Assembly (NCBI GenBank): GCA_951804945.1
Contig: OX638149.1
Span: forward strand, 87,110,001-87,174,000
Direction: 5' to 3'
DNA from: Podarcis cretensis
Taxonomy: Eukaryota
DNA: 64,000 nt
The notes beneath the pieces were generated by a model, which was given only the letters and a program-made list of their open reading frames with translations, was not told the DNA's origin and did not search any database. Position 1 is the first letter of the stretch. The number at the start of each line of letters is the position of its first letter. The position numbers were made by a program, and so were the translations under genes. This document shows positions 24,086-37,622 of the stretch, one piece after another.

Positions 24086-25937
24086 TTCTAAACCTTCCCA
24101 ATTAGCAACAAGAATTAAGAAACTGCCCTTCTGATCATTCTGGCATTCTGCAGCTAGAACAGCTGAGGTCAGAGATGGTCAAACTTTTTTTCTGTTGAGG
24201 GCCTGTTCTGGGCTGCAAGGTGGATGGAGCTGTTCTCTTCTTGCCACCCCTTTTCCCCCACCCTTTCCCCTCTATATCTCTCTGCAATATCCTCTGTATT
24301 CTCAATTTAAGTATGTTTAACAAATTAACGTTAATTTCTAACAGATCACATAAATTACTGAATACAACACATTTTATTTACTTGGCATAAGCCAAGTTTA
24401 ATTATTATATCTTTTTTACTACCAATAATCACTGGATTTGCCAACACCATTTTCCTACAATGCATTAGAGTACTATTTTCCACTGCTATGGAAGTTACAT
24501 ATGATCACAGACTGGTCACTTCATAGGGGTAATTCTTGGGATGACTAAGTCCCATGATGTTCGGGTTACGCACCAGTCAGCTTTGACTGATGCAATGGGC
24601 AGAGGTAGGTATGTTTAGGGCAATTTCAACATTAACATGAAAGGTACTGAAAGGTACCCTGTGGCTTGTGGTTGAAATGCTGCCAACGTACAGAAAACAT
24701 GGTTCATGTTTTCAATTATATTAGTGGTGAGTGAGTGTGCAATTCTGCCATGGCAAGTGTGCACCCCAGGTTTAACTGCAATATATGTCAAATATGAAGA
24801 GCTATGGGGAAACCTAGTGACAGACATGTAGGTAAGTCTCACACAGAAGAATTAATATTTAAACTAGATGAACTATTTTCACTTCCCAGCAACATCTTTT
24901 TAAAAAGTTAATCAATAATGCCGGGCTGTCTTACATTGCAGGTATCCAGTCTTCTTCTCCTGAGTCTCCAGAATTGGGTGGCAATGATCCCCAGTCTATC
25001 AAGGAGGAACCAGAAGGGAGTTTGCTTGGAGAGTGATGAGCAACTGAATTTTTTTGCCCCAGCTGTTTTAAACCAAAATAGCATCTACCATGCCCCTACA
25101 AGCACCTTCACCAAGCCCCATATTTCTTGTTGCCCAAGGATCATCATAAGTCCCCAAATGTTGGTGAGGAGGCACTCCCAGGCATGTCCTCCCAGCACAC
25201 CTTGAAGCCAAACCAGCACAGGCAACAGTAAAAGGGAACTGTCCACCGGAATGCTCAGTGTTATCCTGACAGAAGGCTTCATTACTCCATAATCCTAGAC
25301 GTGATTTTTTTTTGGGGGGGGAGGGGGGGTTAATTTGCTCTCCAACTGTGAAGGGAGGGAAGCATGTGCTCTGAGAAATTGAGAGCACTATTAACAACCA
25401 CTGAACAGAAGGGAATTTTTAAAACAAGTCCCTTGGGAAAGTACAGAGCACATTTCAGAACCTGCAATTTGCTATTGATAACATTCTCCATTCTATCCTC
25501 TATCCACTCCACACACACACACACACCAATGGGGTATAAGGAACTTTCTGGAATGGCGGGTGGGGGGGAGTGGTGCACTTCAGCCACTGTCTTGTGGTCA
25601 CTGAGACCCAAATCAACTTACTGATGTTGGGAGTTCAGTTTTCAAAAGATTCAGAGGAATGAATGGTTTGGTTTCACTTATTTGGGAGAGGGGAACAATA
25701 ATACCCATTACATATTTAAAGAACTTTTATAAAAATTCTTTACAGAGAGTAAAGCAAACTCACTAACAATGACTTTTTATCACTGAGACCTGGGTGGGTG
25801 AGCAGGGTGCTGGACTCACCCAGCTGTGCCCACCTGGATACTTGGGTGCTGCATCATGGCAGATTTGAGGATCAGAGAGGAGGAGTTAGTGTGGTCTACA
25901 TAAATTATCTTTCTCACTCTCCAGGCTCTCTGTTCAT

Positions 25938-25967
25938 GGGCGGGGCGGGGCGGGGCGGGGCGGGGGG
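25938..25967 (+). repeat. (GGGGC)n GC-box array / G-quadruplex-capable tract
   Basis: GGGCGGGGCGGGGCGGGGCGGGGCGGGGGG. Confidence 0.85.
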
Positions 25968-26289
25968 TCTAGAGTGTGTGTTCCTGGCATCTGACAACCA
26001 GAACAGATTAGGGATTCTGCTGGTTTACTGCACGCCTCACTGCCCAGCAACCTCCTTGCCTGAGCTGACAGAGGTGGTGTTGAAGACTTCAGCATCCATG
26101 CTGAGATGACTGGCTCTGGGGTGGCTCAAGACTTAATGGGTGCCATGGCAATAATGGGGCTGCCCCAACATGTCACCTCCCTAATGCACCTTGTTTTCTC
26201 AACTGTGCAGGAAAAGGGTGATCTGGAAGAAGGGGGTATTGACACCAATACCTTTTAATGATCAAATCACTTCCTGTTGAGATTTAGAC

Positions 26290-27200
26290 TTTCAGCACCT
26301 CTTCCCCTGTGCAGAGGCAGGGGACCTATTTTGACGGTCAGCCCTCAAGGCTGATGGATCAAATGGATTTCCACATGGCTCTGGGGGATCTTCTGGCTGA
26401 TATGATTGGTGCTCCTGTTGAAGTCCTGGCCAACCTCTGGAACACCTGAATGGCTCAGGCCATTGACACAATTGCTCCTGAGCACCCTCTGTTACTTCAT
26501 GGAATTTGTTTAGCTCCCTGATATACTGCAAAGCTTGGGAGAAGGAAGCAAGCTGGGAAATGACTTGAATGTGAGTGGAGGAAAAGTGCAACCAAACACT
26601 GAGCCTACCTAGTGGTAGTGAAGACAGCATAGAAGGCATACTTTGCTGCCTCTATTGCATCCTCATTGTGCTGTCATTGTGCTGTCCAGCAAAGCTTTTC
26701 TAGGTAGTGCGAGGCCTTTTACAGTTTGACCCGAAGAAGGTGGCAGAACCAATGGTAGATCATTTGCAAAGTGTTTTGATTTGTTTGCAAAGCATTTTGA
26801 GGATAGATTCACTTGAATCCACCAGGACTTTGACTCTACTGTTACAGTAGATGAATCTCAACAGGGGTCCAGAGCATTGTCTAGTTCTGTTATGTTGAAT
26901 GAGTTTCAGTTATAATAATAATAATTTCTTATTTGTACCCCGCCCATCTGGCTGGGTTTCCCCAGCCACTCTGGGCGGCTTCCAACAAAGATTAAAAATA
27001 CATCAAATTAGTTAGTAATGCTCGAGGATGCGGACAAGGTGTTTGGATCAATCAGGGCAACTAGTTGTTCTCTGGACCCTTGCCCATCTTGTCTGATAAA
27101 AACTAGTAGGGATGGGGTAGCTGGCTGGGCCAGGGAGGTGATTAATGTCTCCTTTGAAGAGGTGGTGGTCCCTGCCTGCTTGAAAGAGACAGTGGTATTT
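26290..27200 (+). mobile_element. Decayed L2-clade LINE ORF2 fragment
   Basis: 27018-27200 translates as DKVFGSIRATSCSLDPCPSCLIK...VINVSFEEVVVPACLKETVV, the pre-RT LDP.P...N.S...VP..LK..VV motif of L2/CR1-group LINEs. The upstream part is degenerate. Confidence 0.75.
26912..27005 (-). mobile_element. Short young LINE 3' end inserted into the L2 fragment
   Basis: Reverse complement of GCCGCCCAGAGTGGCTGGGGAAAC.CAGCCAGATGGGCGGGGTA plus an (ATT)n tail. Nearly identical to 60399-60445. Confidence 0.8.
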
Positions 27201-28456
27201 TTGTATTTTAACATTGTAAACCACCCTGTGATTTTCATATGAAGGGCAGTATAGAAATTTTATAAATAATGATAATAATAGAATAATATTTGAACTTTTA
27301 AATTCTATTTTCAAAAAAGTGAGTGGAGCTAACTGACATACAACAGGGTTTTTTCTTTGCCAGACCCCCCCCCCCAAATAGTACAGAATATTGAGCACAA
27401 TCAAGACTACAGCTAGCACTGTTAACTCCTCCCATTACAATCAAGGAAACTTAATGAGTACACAGACATTTCTCCCATTATAATCAATGGGGCTTTAAAG
27501 TGCTAAACTTAGGCTATAACATGCCCACTGTGACCCCTGATTATGTGAGTTTATGTGCTTTTTATTACTGGACCCTAGTCGGATTTCTATTTTGCATAAA
27601 CCATTTATTACAAAAAAGTGTTCATTCTAAACTGCAGTTATGATAAACCATTTATATATTTTCTCCTGTTATGCTTCAATTCCCCCCCACAGTTTTTTTA
27701 TTAAGATTTGTGAAAAAGATGATTGCACAATGTTGCAAACTAAAACATATTATGAATGTAAAACCCCCAATACAAAATGAACAGAAAAAGAAACACATAT
27801 ATAAAACTAAACAATCAATTCTTGCCTGCCACCAGATACAGCAACACAAGCAGCAATGTTTGTTCATATACAGCAATGCATAATCACAGTCTCATTTGGG
27901 GGCTGTATTTTCCTGGTCTTTTCCTGGGACAGAAGTGACCTCTGGGGGTATTAATACATATTTGTAGTTTCCTCTTTTTGGTTAAAATTAGGGGAAATGG
28001 GTGGACTCTTTTTAGCATTGGCCGGATTTCTTTGCACCCTCTTGCTCCTGTGCTGTAGATATGCAGCAACAGAAACTGAATTTTGGGTTCCACACAGTTC
28101 ATTCCACCTGCTAGCATGACCCTGAATGAATTCTGCTGCTACAAGAGAACAGAGAAAAAGCATTGGCCTCACTAGCAACTAGATTGGCCCCTTGGTCTTT
28201 CTCTAATTGACAATGACAAATCAAGAGACTTTAGCAGGTTGCCAGCCTCTTCAGGCCTATAGCCTCACTTTTCAGCTCAAGCTGTTGTGCTGCCATAGCC
28301 AGGGATTCTTTCTCGTCTTCCACCATGCTTCAACTCTGCAATTGGTTGCCTTTGCCAACTCCAAAAGTGCATCCTCCCTTGGTCAGTAGGGCAGTCAGCC
28401 ACTCTACAGTCAACAATGCTGCCAGCTCAGAGGGCACTGGGGAGTCCCCACGTGTA

Positions 28457-28711
28457 CAGACATAACTCTTTTTCTTGTGCTTTGCTTTATTGCGCTTTGC
28501 AGATACTGTTCCTTCAGAGGATGTGGGTATAGCTGAAGGCTTCCAGGGGAAAGAAGCCTCCTGCCATCACTGCCCATCCTGCCCCTTCAGCCGTAACATT
28601 TACATGCACTAGGAAACAAAAAACAAACAAACCTGTGACTTGCTATATTGTGATATTCACTTTATTGCTGTGGCCTGGAACTGAACCCGCAGTATATCCG
28701 AGTTATGCCTG
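28457..28711 (+). mobile_element. Tigger1-like (pogo/Tc1-mariner) non-autonomous deletion derivative
   Basis: TIRs CAGACATAACTC / GAGTTATGCCTG flanked by TA on both sides. Subterminal motifs GCTTTATTGCGCTTTGCAGATACTG and TTTACATGCACT.GGAAAC...TTTATTGC.GTGG.CTGGAAC.GAACCCGCA match the Tigger1 ends as recalled. Confidence 0.85.
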
Positions 28712-30784
28712 TATCTACTCCAAAGAAAACATCCACTAAGTCTTCAGGTTTCAGGATCGCCCATTCAGAATTTGCTCTTCTGGCCTTTTCTGTGTTTATC
28801 AGTGGCCACAGAAATATTCCAGGTGAATATTCCTCCACAGGAGTAAATGAACCCAGAGATGTGGTCACAGGAAAAAAAAGGAAAAAAAAGGAAAAGGAAC
28901 TTCTGGATGGGCTGCCTTTTTGGCTTAAGACACACTTCTGAGGTTACCCAGGCATTCATAACAAAGCCAAGTTCAACCTTGTAGCATTTTGCCAAGTTCA
29001 AATTTGCAGCACTTTCCGGGCATTTTCCATGGGACTGGAGCAAGCACAAGTGTGGGTGGTTTGTAAACAAAGGACTGGATGCCACAGAAAGAAAGAGAAA
29101 CAGTCGTGGGTGGGTGTTTGGTTTTTGTTGCGTGCCCCCCCCCCCCAGCAACAGGGTTTTCCCAGCCGAAGAGGAGGCAGGGAAATATATGAATTCCTTC
29201 TATTGAAAGCTGAAATGCCATCAATCAGCTGCCATGCAGGGAAGGAGGAACAAATGGGTAGGTGGGAAAGAGGGGCTGAATCACCAGCCCCTTCTTCTTG
29301 CTGAACATCTGGTTGCTTCTGGATAAGAAAGAGGAACCATGTACCATGCGCTGAGTTGCTCCTGTAGTTTGTGCTTCCAAGGCACAAGTTGGGAAGCAAA
29401 AGAGACTGGCTGGGAAGTAACATAAGGCATGAGCACTGTGCACTGCCATTGACCCTGTGCCATTTATCATTTGAGGTAGGGACTCAAACTAGTGGTTTAT
29501 ACCACTAGTTGGTGACTGCAAAGTACTTTTATTAGAGGCACAGAGCTGAGGAGTAGGCGGAACAAGACAAAGCAGTAAAGCTCATTAAGCAAAAGGAAAG
29601 TGGGATTAATGGAAATACACAAATGTGGTTTGATATATGTAGGGTTGAAGTACTAAGCATATTTTTCCATACAAAACAGAACAATCTTTCCCTTTGCTCC
29701 CCCTGGACCCACCTAATCCTCCAGGGCAGATTCAGGGAGGGCACGAGGAATGTGTGGGGAAAGGAGAAGAGGGAAATCTCCCTGTGCTAATGCTAATCTT
29801 TGTACTAATGCAAAAAACAAAACAAAACCAGTGGAATGTCTCCCACACTGTGGGCTGGGTGAGGGATTTCTTTAACATAACAAATAGGTTGGCGTTTTCT
29901 ACCTTATCTAGCATCATGATAAAAGGGTCAACGGTACCTAAACATATAGAAATCAATCGGCTCTGTTCCAAAAGGAGTTAGAATTCCATAAGTCAAGCCA
30001 CAATGTCATGACCAAAGAGTCCCTAGAAGCCTTGTACTGTACTAGGGAGGGAGGTTTGTGACCCCAAACACACTGTATGAGGCAAAGGGCAAGATAGTGC
30101 CCTCCCCATTCCATGTACACTTGAATTTTACAGGAATACCTGCAGTGTCCTCCACCACAACGAAGGGAAGCAGGCTAGTTTATGGTGCACTGCTCCTTGC
30201 CTTGCTGCACCTGTAGCCTGAGGCACCTGCCTCCTGCTGCCTAATGGCAAGGCTAGACCTATGGCTTGAGCTTTTACTGCTGGCTCCACTTCGGAGTTCT
30301 CAAACGTCAGCAGTGGCGTTGGTTCATGTCTGCTCCAAAAAGAGCAATCAAGTTGATTGTCAATTGGGTGTCATTTGGGGCCATTACTGGATTTCGCATT
30401 ATGTTCCTTGACACGTTGGATATTTCATTTCAGGGTTTTGCTCTTGGTACGGCACTCTGGTGCTGTGTGCGCGCCTGTAACCTCACTGGGCCATCCGGTC
30501 ATTGGCTTTCTGGAAAGCATTGATGTTTCTCTATACGTTTGGTTCAGCTCCCTTTGAAATTGCTCTTCAGCCTAATACTCAGGATCTCATCATTCTTACA
30601 TGTCATACTACATATGCCACTGCAGACTTAAAAATAAAATAAAATGAAAGGCGATATTAGCAGAGAAGTATACACTTTTGGGTATGTATGTACATGCAAA
30701 CATATATTCCACCTTTCCACACACACCCCAAAAAGGAGGAGAATCTAGAGCAGCTTAAAACATTAACAACATGCACAGTTTAAC

Positions 30785-31000
30785 CATTTATTTATTTGTT
30801 TGTTTGCATTTGTATCCTACCTTTTCCTCCAGGGAGCTCAAGGTGGCATGCATACATAGTTCTCCACCTCACTTAATCCTCTCAACAACCCTGTGTGGTA
30901 ACTTGGGCTGAGAGGCAGTGAGTGGCCTAAGGCCCAATGAGTTACATGACTGAGTGGGGATTCGAACCCTGGGCCATCAGCAACTCGTCCAACACACCAG
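30785..31000 (-). mobile_element. CORE/MIR-like tRNA SINE (Squam2-like)
   Basis: CAACAACCCTGTG..GGCTGAGAG core, GGATTCGAACC B-box on the opposite strand and an AT-rich tail. Confidence 0.7.
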
Positions 31001-32885
31001 CCACTACATCACAAACCAGCCAACAACAAAAAACAAACAAACCCAAATAATAATATACAGAACCCCCCAAACCAACAAAATAAAACACAAATTAAAAAAG
31101 TATTTTGCACAGAAAAAAATAGACCACAGCTATACCTTTTCTTAAATACTTAGTTGCATCTTAGTCAGCAGCAGCAGAAAGTATGGTGGGGTGGCACTAC
31201 TGAGCTCCATTTGGATGTATTGCTGCTACTTACTGGGTGGGACACAGCAGCAGCAAGGTCAGCATGCGCCTACGGAGCCCATCTGGTGCTCCTGCAAGTG
31301 TGTTTGCACCATGCCACCCTGCTTGTTGCCTTTCCCCTCCTGGTAAGCAACAGTGGCTCATGTTCCAGGAGGTCAGGTACAGTAAATGTCTCCTCCTCCC
31401 CACCACTACTATCCACTGCTGGAAGGGCACACCACTACAGATTAAGATATTGCACATGGTGAATGTGCATTCACACCACAACAGCTCCTAACATGACACA
31501 TCAGCATGTACCCCAAAGCATACATTTGCAAGCATGTGTTCAGCATGGGTGCACAAGCAACATGATTTACATCCAAACCCAGGTATTTCTGTGTACATTA
31601 AAAGAAAAAGTTAATGGTGCAAAGTGAGCCTCAGCACAAAACATCTCCTATTGTTGTTGTTGTCCATATCCTTCTGCATCTCATCAGCCAGGTAATTGTG
31701 CACAATTAACTCTGCTGATACCAGAGCACTCGTTTTTCAGGCTGCCGGGTGGCACACGCCCCTCCCTCTGTGTTGCCTACTTTTCAACTTGTCACCTGCA
31801 CAGTGCTTTATAAAACTTTAAAGCTAATAGCACCATAAACTTCTGTAATGATACTGCAGCAGCATGGATCAGGCCAGAATGCATACATGATTGGGGAGTT
31901 GCAATGAAGCAATGGTTCCCCCCCCACACTGCTTAGTCTGCCAGCCCCGGATCTCTGTCTGTTTTGGGGTGTACAGGCCCAGAGTGCAAAGGGACTGTGG
32001 AGGAGAGGAGTGAAAACAAGCTGGTGCGGGTGGGGAGAGTTGAGGCTCAAGCAAAAACAGTCCCCCCCTCAGCTGCAAAACCTGTGCCTCGAAAGGTCAT
32101 CTGCCTGCAGCCACCCACCTCGGGCTGTTCTCTCCTGTCAGAACTCATAAACCGAGCAATGTTGGGTCTGACCAGGGAGACCCCGGAGGAGAAACGGAAT
32201 CGACCAACGGGAAACATGAATCTTTTATTATGCACCTGCTGAGTCACCAGCAGGGGAGGGGAAGGCTGGCAGGAGAGCAGGGCACTCCATCAGGGAGATG
32301 GCAGCATGGAGGGAAAGAGGGTTCACTCCCTCCTCCCCTCTCAGAATAAATGCCATTGAGGGAATGGAACAGAGTAAAGCTAAGAGGGGCAGGGAAGCCC
32401 CAGAAAGTCATTTCCTTGCCAGCCCTTTGATTTACCTGTGACAATCCCCGCCACAAATCCGTGCTACTTTCACACAGCCAGAAAGGAATGAAATCACTGA
32501 GGACAGGAGAGTGCTCCAAGTTTGGCATCTACACATTTTAAATACCAGAAATGGGTCCCTGGACAAAGAACCTGAGATGCGCCAACACTGAGCCTTTGTT
32601 CAGCAGGTGTCATAAGCTGTTCGCATAGCTTTTCACTGATGTTTGCTATGTTGACTCAACAGAAAAGCTAGCTCAGGGGGTTCAGTATAAACCTGTTTGC
32701 TTTATCAACAACGTCTCCCTGGTTCTCTTACACTACCCTGCTAATGAACACCTGTACTGCGTGACTGCCTGAATTTAACACAACAACAGGTGAAGGCAAG
32801 TCCTGCTTTAAGGTGCTGCAAATCTCCCTTTCGGTCTGTTGTGGCCACCTCCAGGCCCAAATAGGAACTATTGTTTCCAGTTCCT

Positions 32886-33065
32886 GGGGAAGGGCTGTAG
32901 CTCAGTGGAATGTCACCTGCTTTACATGCAGAAGGTGCCTAGGTTCAATCCCAGGCACCACCAGGTAGGGCTGGGAATGTCCCCTGCTTGAAATCCCAGA
33001 GCTGTTCAGTGTAGACAGTACTGAGCTAGGTGGCCTGACTTCGTCTACGGCTGCTTCCTGGGTTC
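32886..33065 (+). mobile_element. tRNA-derived squamate SINE (Squam3-like)
   Basis: GGGCTGTAGCTCAGTGG A-box, GGTTCAATCCC B-box and CAGTGTAGACAGTACTGAGCTAG body. Confidence 0.85.
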
Positions 33066-36000
33066 CCTTGCCTGCTTTCTCTCCTACAGAAGGGCTGGAG
33101 AGGAGGGAAGGAGCTGGATGGAGCAGAGCCAGCAGAGCGTGAGCGCACAAGGCAGTGCGTGCAGTGGGAGAATTGCTCAGATGCTCTTATGCTGGAGCTC
33201 AAGGGGCCAGACTGTGCGCCACACTCCAGATGGGGACTTTGCTGGGGTGGTGGCTACGTCGGAGAAAGTGCGAGCGGATCGAGTTGATCAGAAGGACCCC
33301 GCTTGCCTTTTCTGGCAGAAGAAAGGCGTGCAGGGGAACACAGCCAGCACGCCGCGTGTGCATGTAACCATGCGCACACGCTTCCTGCGAAAACAATGCC
33401 TCCTGCCAGTTTTACATTTGCTGCTCTATGCCTAACACATACATATAGACATAAATTCCCCACCACTCACTCCTTCCTGTCCCCCAAAACAAAACAAAAC
33501 AAAACAAAACAATAAAGCTCCATTAATGCTGCATTTACAGCCAGGATTCTGAATGTACGCAAGCTGGGAAATTCAAAGATATGGTCCCCAGAACAGCCAT
33601 AGCTCTGTGGCACACGGAGCCCAATCAAGGCACCCAGGCATCGTGGCACACACGGGGCAGAGTTAGCATCGCCGCGGGAACCATCTCTTTGAGTTGCCTG
33701 ACGCGTCTGTGATTAAAGCCTCAATTTGAAGCCGGCAGCCACAGAGGCTCGGTGCCCGTCACAGTAATCTCAAGCGCTTGGGCTAACTAAGCCTCCGGGA
33801 GCCGTGGTCACACCCACACCTCTCTGCCCCCGCCTGGCTGTGAAGCTAGGCAAGGAGGCGCTGTGCAAAGTAACCTCTCACACATGCCCTGCTAACTAGT
33901 TTCTGCCAATTCCAGTCATGTGACAGGGAATCTTAGCAGAGCATCAATATGCCCTCTGGAGCAAGAGAGAACGCACGAGATGCAGATACAAAATCGTTAC
34001 ATCCTTTTACGGCCTTTTCACAAATGACAACAACGGTGGTTTTTCATTTCACGCATCTGTACTGCAAATGCATGAACTGTACTAACTGGAATGTACACAC
34101 TTATATTTCCTCTGCACCCATTCTTTAGCTCTGAATCAGAGGAAACGGCAGTCCGCAGAAACCTGCCATTTGAACTGCCATTTGTTGAGCTTCAGCTTTA
34201 AAGAGCAGGGAAAACTCAGGGTGGGGTGGGGTAAGAGCACTCAGACATGGATCTTTAAAGCACAGACCTGTGCCTGGAAAGAGCTGGGCAAAAGGTAAGT
34301 GTGGATAAACACTTCAGTTTAATAGGGCTCTTTTTCTGCTTTCTCTCCCACATTAACAACAGTCACACATGGTCACCGACAGTTCAAGAGACAGTCTCAA
34401 AGGTACCTTTTTCCACCATGTGTGCCAGCAGCCTTATTTGGGCATGTTCTGTAATAATTACTAACCTCCTTTCCTCTACTTACAAATCACAAAAGAGGGT
34501 TTCAACCACCAACCTATGCAAAAAACATTCAAACAAAGAATATTAGCCACATTAGGGTACTTCCAGACTTTTGCTATTTGGGGTGGGATAAACTTTCACA
34601 AACTATCAAAATCAGGTTTCACAATTAAAGTTGATTTGGAGCTCTTGTGCAACAAACCCACTGTCCCCTAAAACTGGATCTATTTGCGATAAGCCAAGTG
34701 ATGGGGAAATGCACTGGAGAGTGTTGGTGACAACTGCATCAGGCAATGTCATAAAACTTCCCTGCAGATAAATCAGGGTGAATGCTCAATAAATAACCAG
34801 TGTCTTCTAATCTCCCTGCAAACAAATCAGGATGAATGCTCAATAAACAGGTTGTCTGGAAGCCACTGTAAACAATTTAAACAGACTGCAAAACCACTGA
34901 TCCTGCATTGAATTCCCAGATTGCCATTGCATCCCAATGTGATTAACTTTCTGCCAACTCATGGCTGTCACCCTCACCAACCCCCAGTTCAAAACTGCAA
35001 CACTTTTCCCTGCCTCTCCCATTAGCTGAAGCATTTTGCCTTCCAAAGACAAGCGAGGGAGATTTCCAGTCGTCAATAAACACTAATGTTCTATTGTAGA
35101 AGTTCCTGACCATCCACGAATTGCACAAGATCCATGTTCAACTATATAGTTGAGCAATTCTTACATTCTGTATCTGTTTTATTTTTATAAAATGGAAACC
35201 ACTGTGTGTGCAGATATGAGGAAAGGGATAAGCTAAAGGTGGTATCTTTGGGGTATAGTCTGTCCTGAAGATGCTAAATTCAGGTCAGCTTCAAAAATCT
35301 CAGGGAAGAGAGTGCTCCCTGCAAACCCATGACACGGGAATTGAGGGGCTACTGAAAGCAAATCCCATTGCCCCCCCCCAGCTCCTGCTAGCTGCTCAGA
35401 GCTCTTGGCACCCCTGTGTCTGTCTCGCAAAAGGGGCACCTGCTCCATCAGCCCCTGTTATTTCATTCGCGCTTGTCCCTTCCCATTAGTGCAGCTGTCT
35501 GCCACCAGAGAAGGGAAAATTGATGCTAAACGGGATATCAATTTATCATGGAGTCTGTCACCCGCCACGCAGCTCTGCCAGGAGAGCAACGGGACATCGC
35601 TGCGCCAGCCAAGCAGCACCTGTAATTAACAGCCTGCCAGCATTTCCACACATACCCCTCGCTTCCTCTGTGCTACAAGTAGCAAAACCCTCCAGGTAAA
35701 GTGCTGGGAAATCTGAGTTACATGGCCACTTGCTCTGATGGCTTGGTTTACAACTGATGGCTGCCAGGTAAGTTAGGAGCAGAGCTAGCCTGAAAATTAA
35801 TGAGCTCTGAACTCACCCCATCTTTCCCCATGACCAGCCATTTCATGTGGACTTTCTGAGATCTTGCACTGACTTTATCTTCCTTTGATGCCATCTAGCA
35901 CTCAGCTCTTTCCGCCAAGCCTCCTGCACACCATCTTTCTCCACCAATCTGCATACATGCTGTTTCCATTAGGATGCAGGGTAGACTCCTCTGATAAGGG

Positions 36001-37424
36001 CAAGCTACCCTCCCCAACCCACTTTTGGATTTTATCTAACATCCTGAAGTTGGTTTCAGCTCTCATCCATTTCATCCGCATACTACCTAACCATTTATTT
36101 CATCATTTGTGGTTAGTGTGAGGAAGATCTGGAGGACCTGGGCTGCAAGATCAAAGCAGAGCTCTGTGCAAGAGCTCTGTGCTTCTCCGCAGACTTAAGG
36201 AAGATAAGATTTGCAGGTGGCCAGCTGTAAACTGTTTAATATTAGAAGTTACAAACTGAGCAGAACAAAAACAAAGCACCAACACTTAGCCCACTCTTCA
36301 GTCTTAAAATAGCCCCATATGGTGTGTTTTAATAGTATTATTTAGCTTTTTGAATTAATAGAATTATGAAAACACCAACAGTCTGTTTTCTTCACACCAC
36401 TTTCCCCCCACTTTTGGTTTCATTTTCAGCATTGCCAGGCACTGATATAATAATAGTGGGGCAGGACTACTAGAAGAGAGGCAAGGGGGAACAAAATCTG
36501 CCAGTTTAGATTCTTCAACATCAACTTCGTTGGACTGGTCATGTTGTGCGGATGCCTGATTATCATCTTCCAAAGCAACTACTCTATTCCGAACTTAAAA
36601 ATGGAAAGCATAATGCTGGTGGTGAACAAAAGAGGTTTAAAGACTGTCTCAAGGCAAATCTTTAAAAATGTAGTATAAACACTGACAACTGGGAAACACT
36701 GGCCTGCGAGTGCTCCAGTTGGAGAACAGCCTTTACCAAAGGTGTCATGGACTTTGAAGACACCCGAACTCAGAATGCAAGGGAGAAACATGCTAGGAGG
36801 AAGGCACGCTTGGCAAATCCACACTGTGATCAACTCCTGCCAGGGAACCAATGTCCCCACTGTGGAAGGACGTGTGGGTCCAGAATTGGCCTCCATTGTC
36901 ACTTACGGACTCATTGTTAAAACCGTGTTTATGCAAGACAATCTTACTCGCCTACGAGTGATCGCCAAAGAAGGAGCAGCCCATCAAGCTTCGTCTAACT
37001 CCTTTCTGGCTTTGCACATCTGTTCCTCTGGCCCCTGCTCCATTCTGAAAACCAGTAGCTTGATGCACTGATTTCACTGCTCTGGTTGGAACTCACATGC
37101 TTAGTTATATACAGGGCTAGCTCAAGATATTTTGCTGCCTGAGGCAAAGGACAAAATGCCCTTCTCCCTCACCATTCCAAGTAGTGAAGATAACTGGACT
37201 GCTAATTGAATCTTACTTCAACACTAGTAACGGAGCCCGGAACCTGCGGCCAGCAGGTTCACTTATGGGATGTTAAGTGGCACACAAAGCTCTATCCTCC
37301 AACTCCTGATCATGACTACCACCCCCAGCAATTGCTGCTTGCGGTGGGTGCTTCATTTGGCCTGATGGTAGGGCCAGTTCTAGTTATGTCAGCTGTGAGA
37401 AGAAGTTCACAGGAAAATGGGTAG

Positions 37425-37622
37425 CCTGGGACTTTGAAGCTGCCTTCTACTGAGTCAGACCAATGCTCTATCTAGCTCAGTATTGTCTACACTGACTGGA
37501 AGTGGATCCTCAGGGTGTCAGGAAGGGGCCTCCTCCAGCCCTACCTAGAGATGTTAGGAATTGAACCTGGGACTTTATGCTGGCAAGGCAGGTGCTTTAC
37601 CACTGAGCTACAACCTTACTCC
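37425..37622 (-). mobile_element. tRNA-derived squamate SINE (Squam3-like)
   Basis: The reverse complement gives GTAGCTCAGTGGTAAAGCACCTGC...GGTTCAATTCC...CAGTCAGTGTAGACAATACTGAGCTAGAT. Confidence 0.85.

Noticed and set aside
28662-28900. Possible minus-strand exon after a polypyrimidine tract
   Set aside because: No AG directly follows the tract, the peptide is unrecognisable and it runs into the Tigger-like element.
32886-32960. tRNA gene-like A/B boxes
   Set aside because: They continue into a SINE body shared with several other copies. This is a SINE head, not a tRNA gene.
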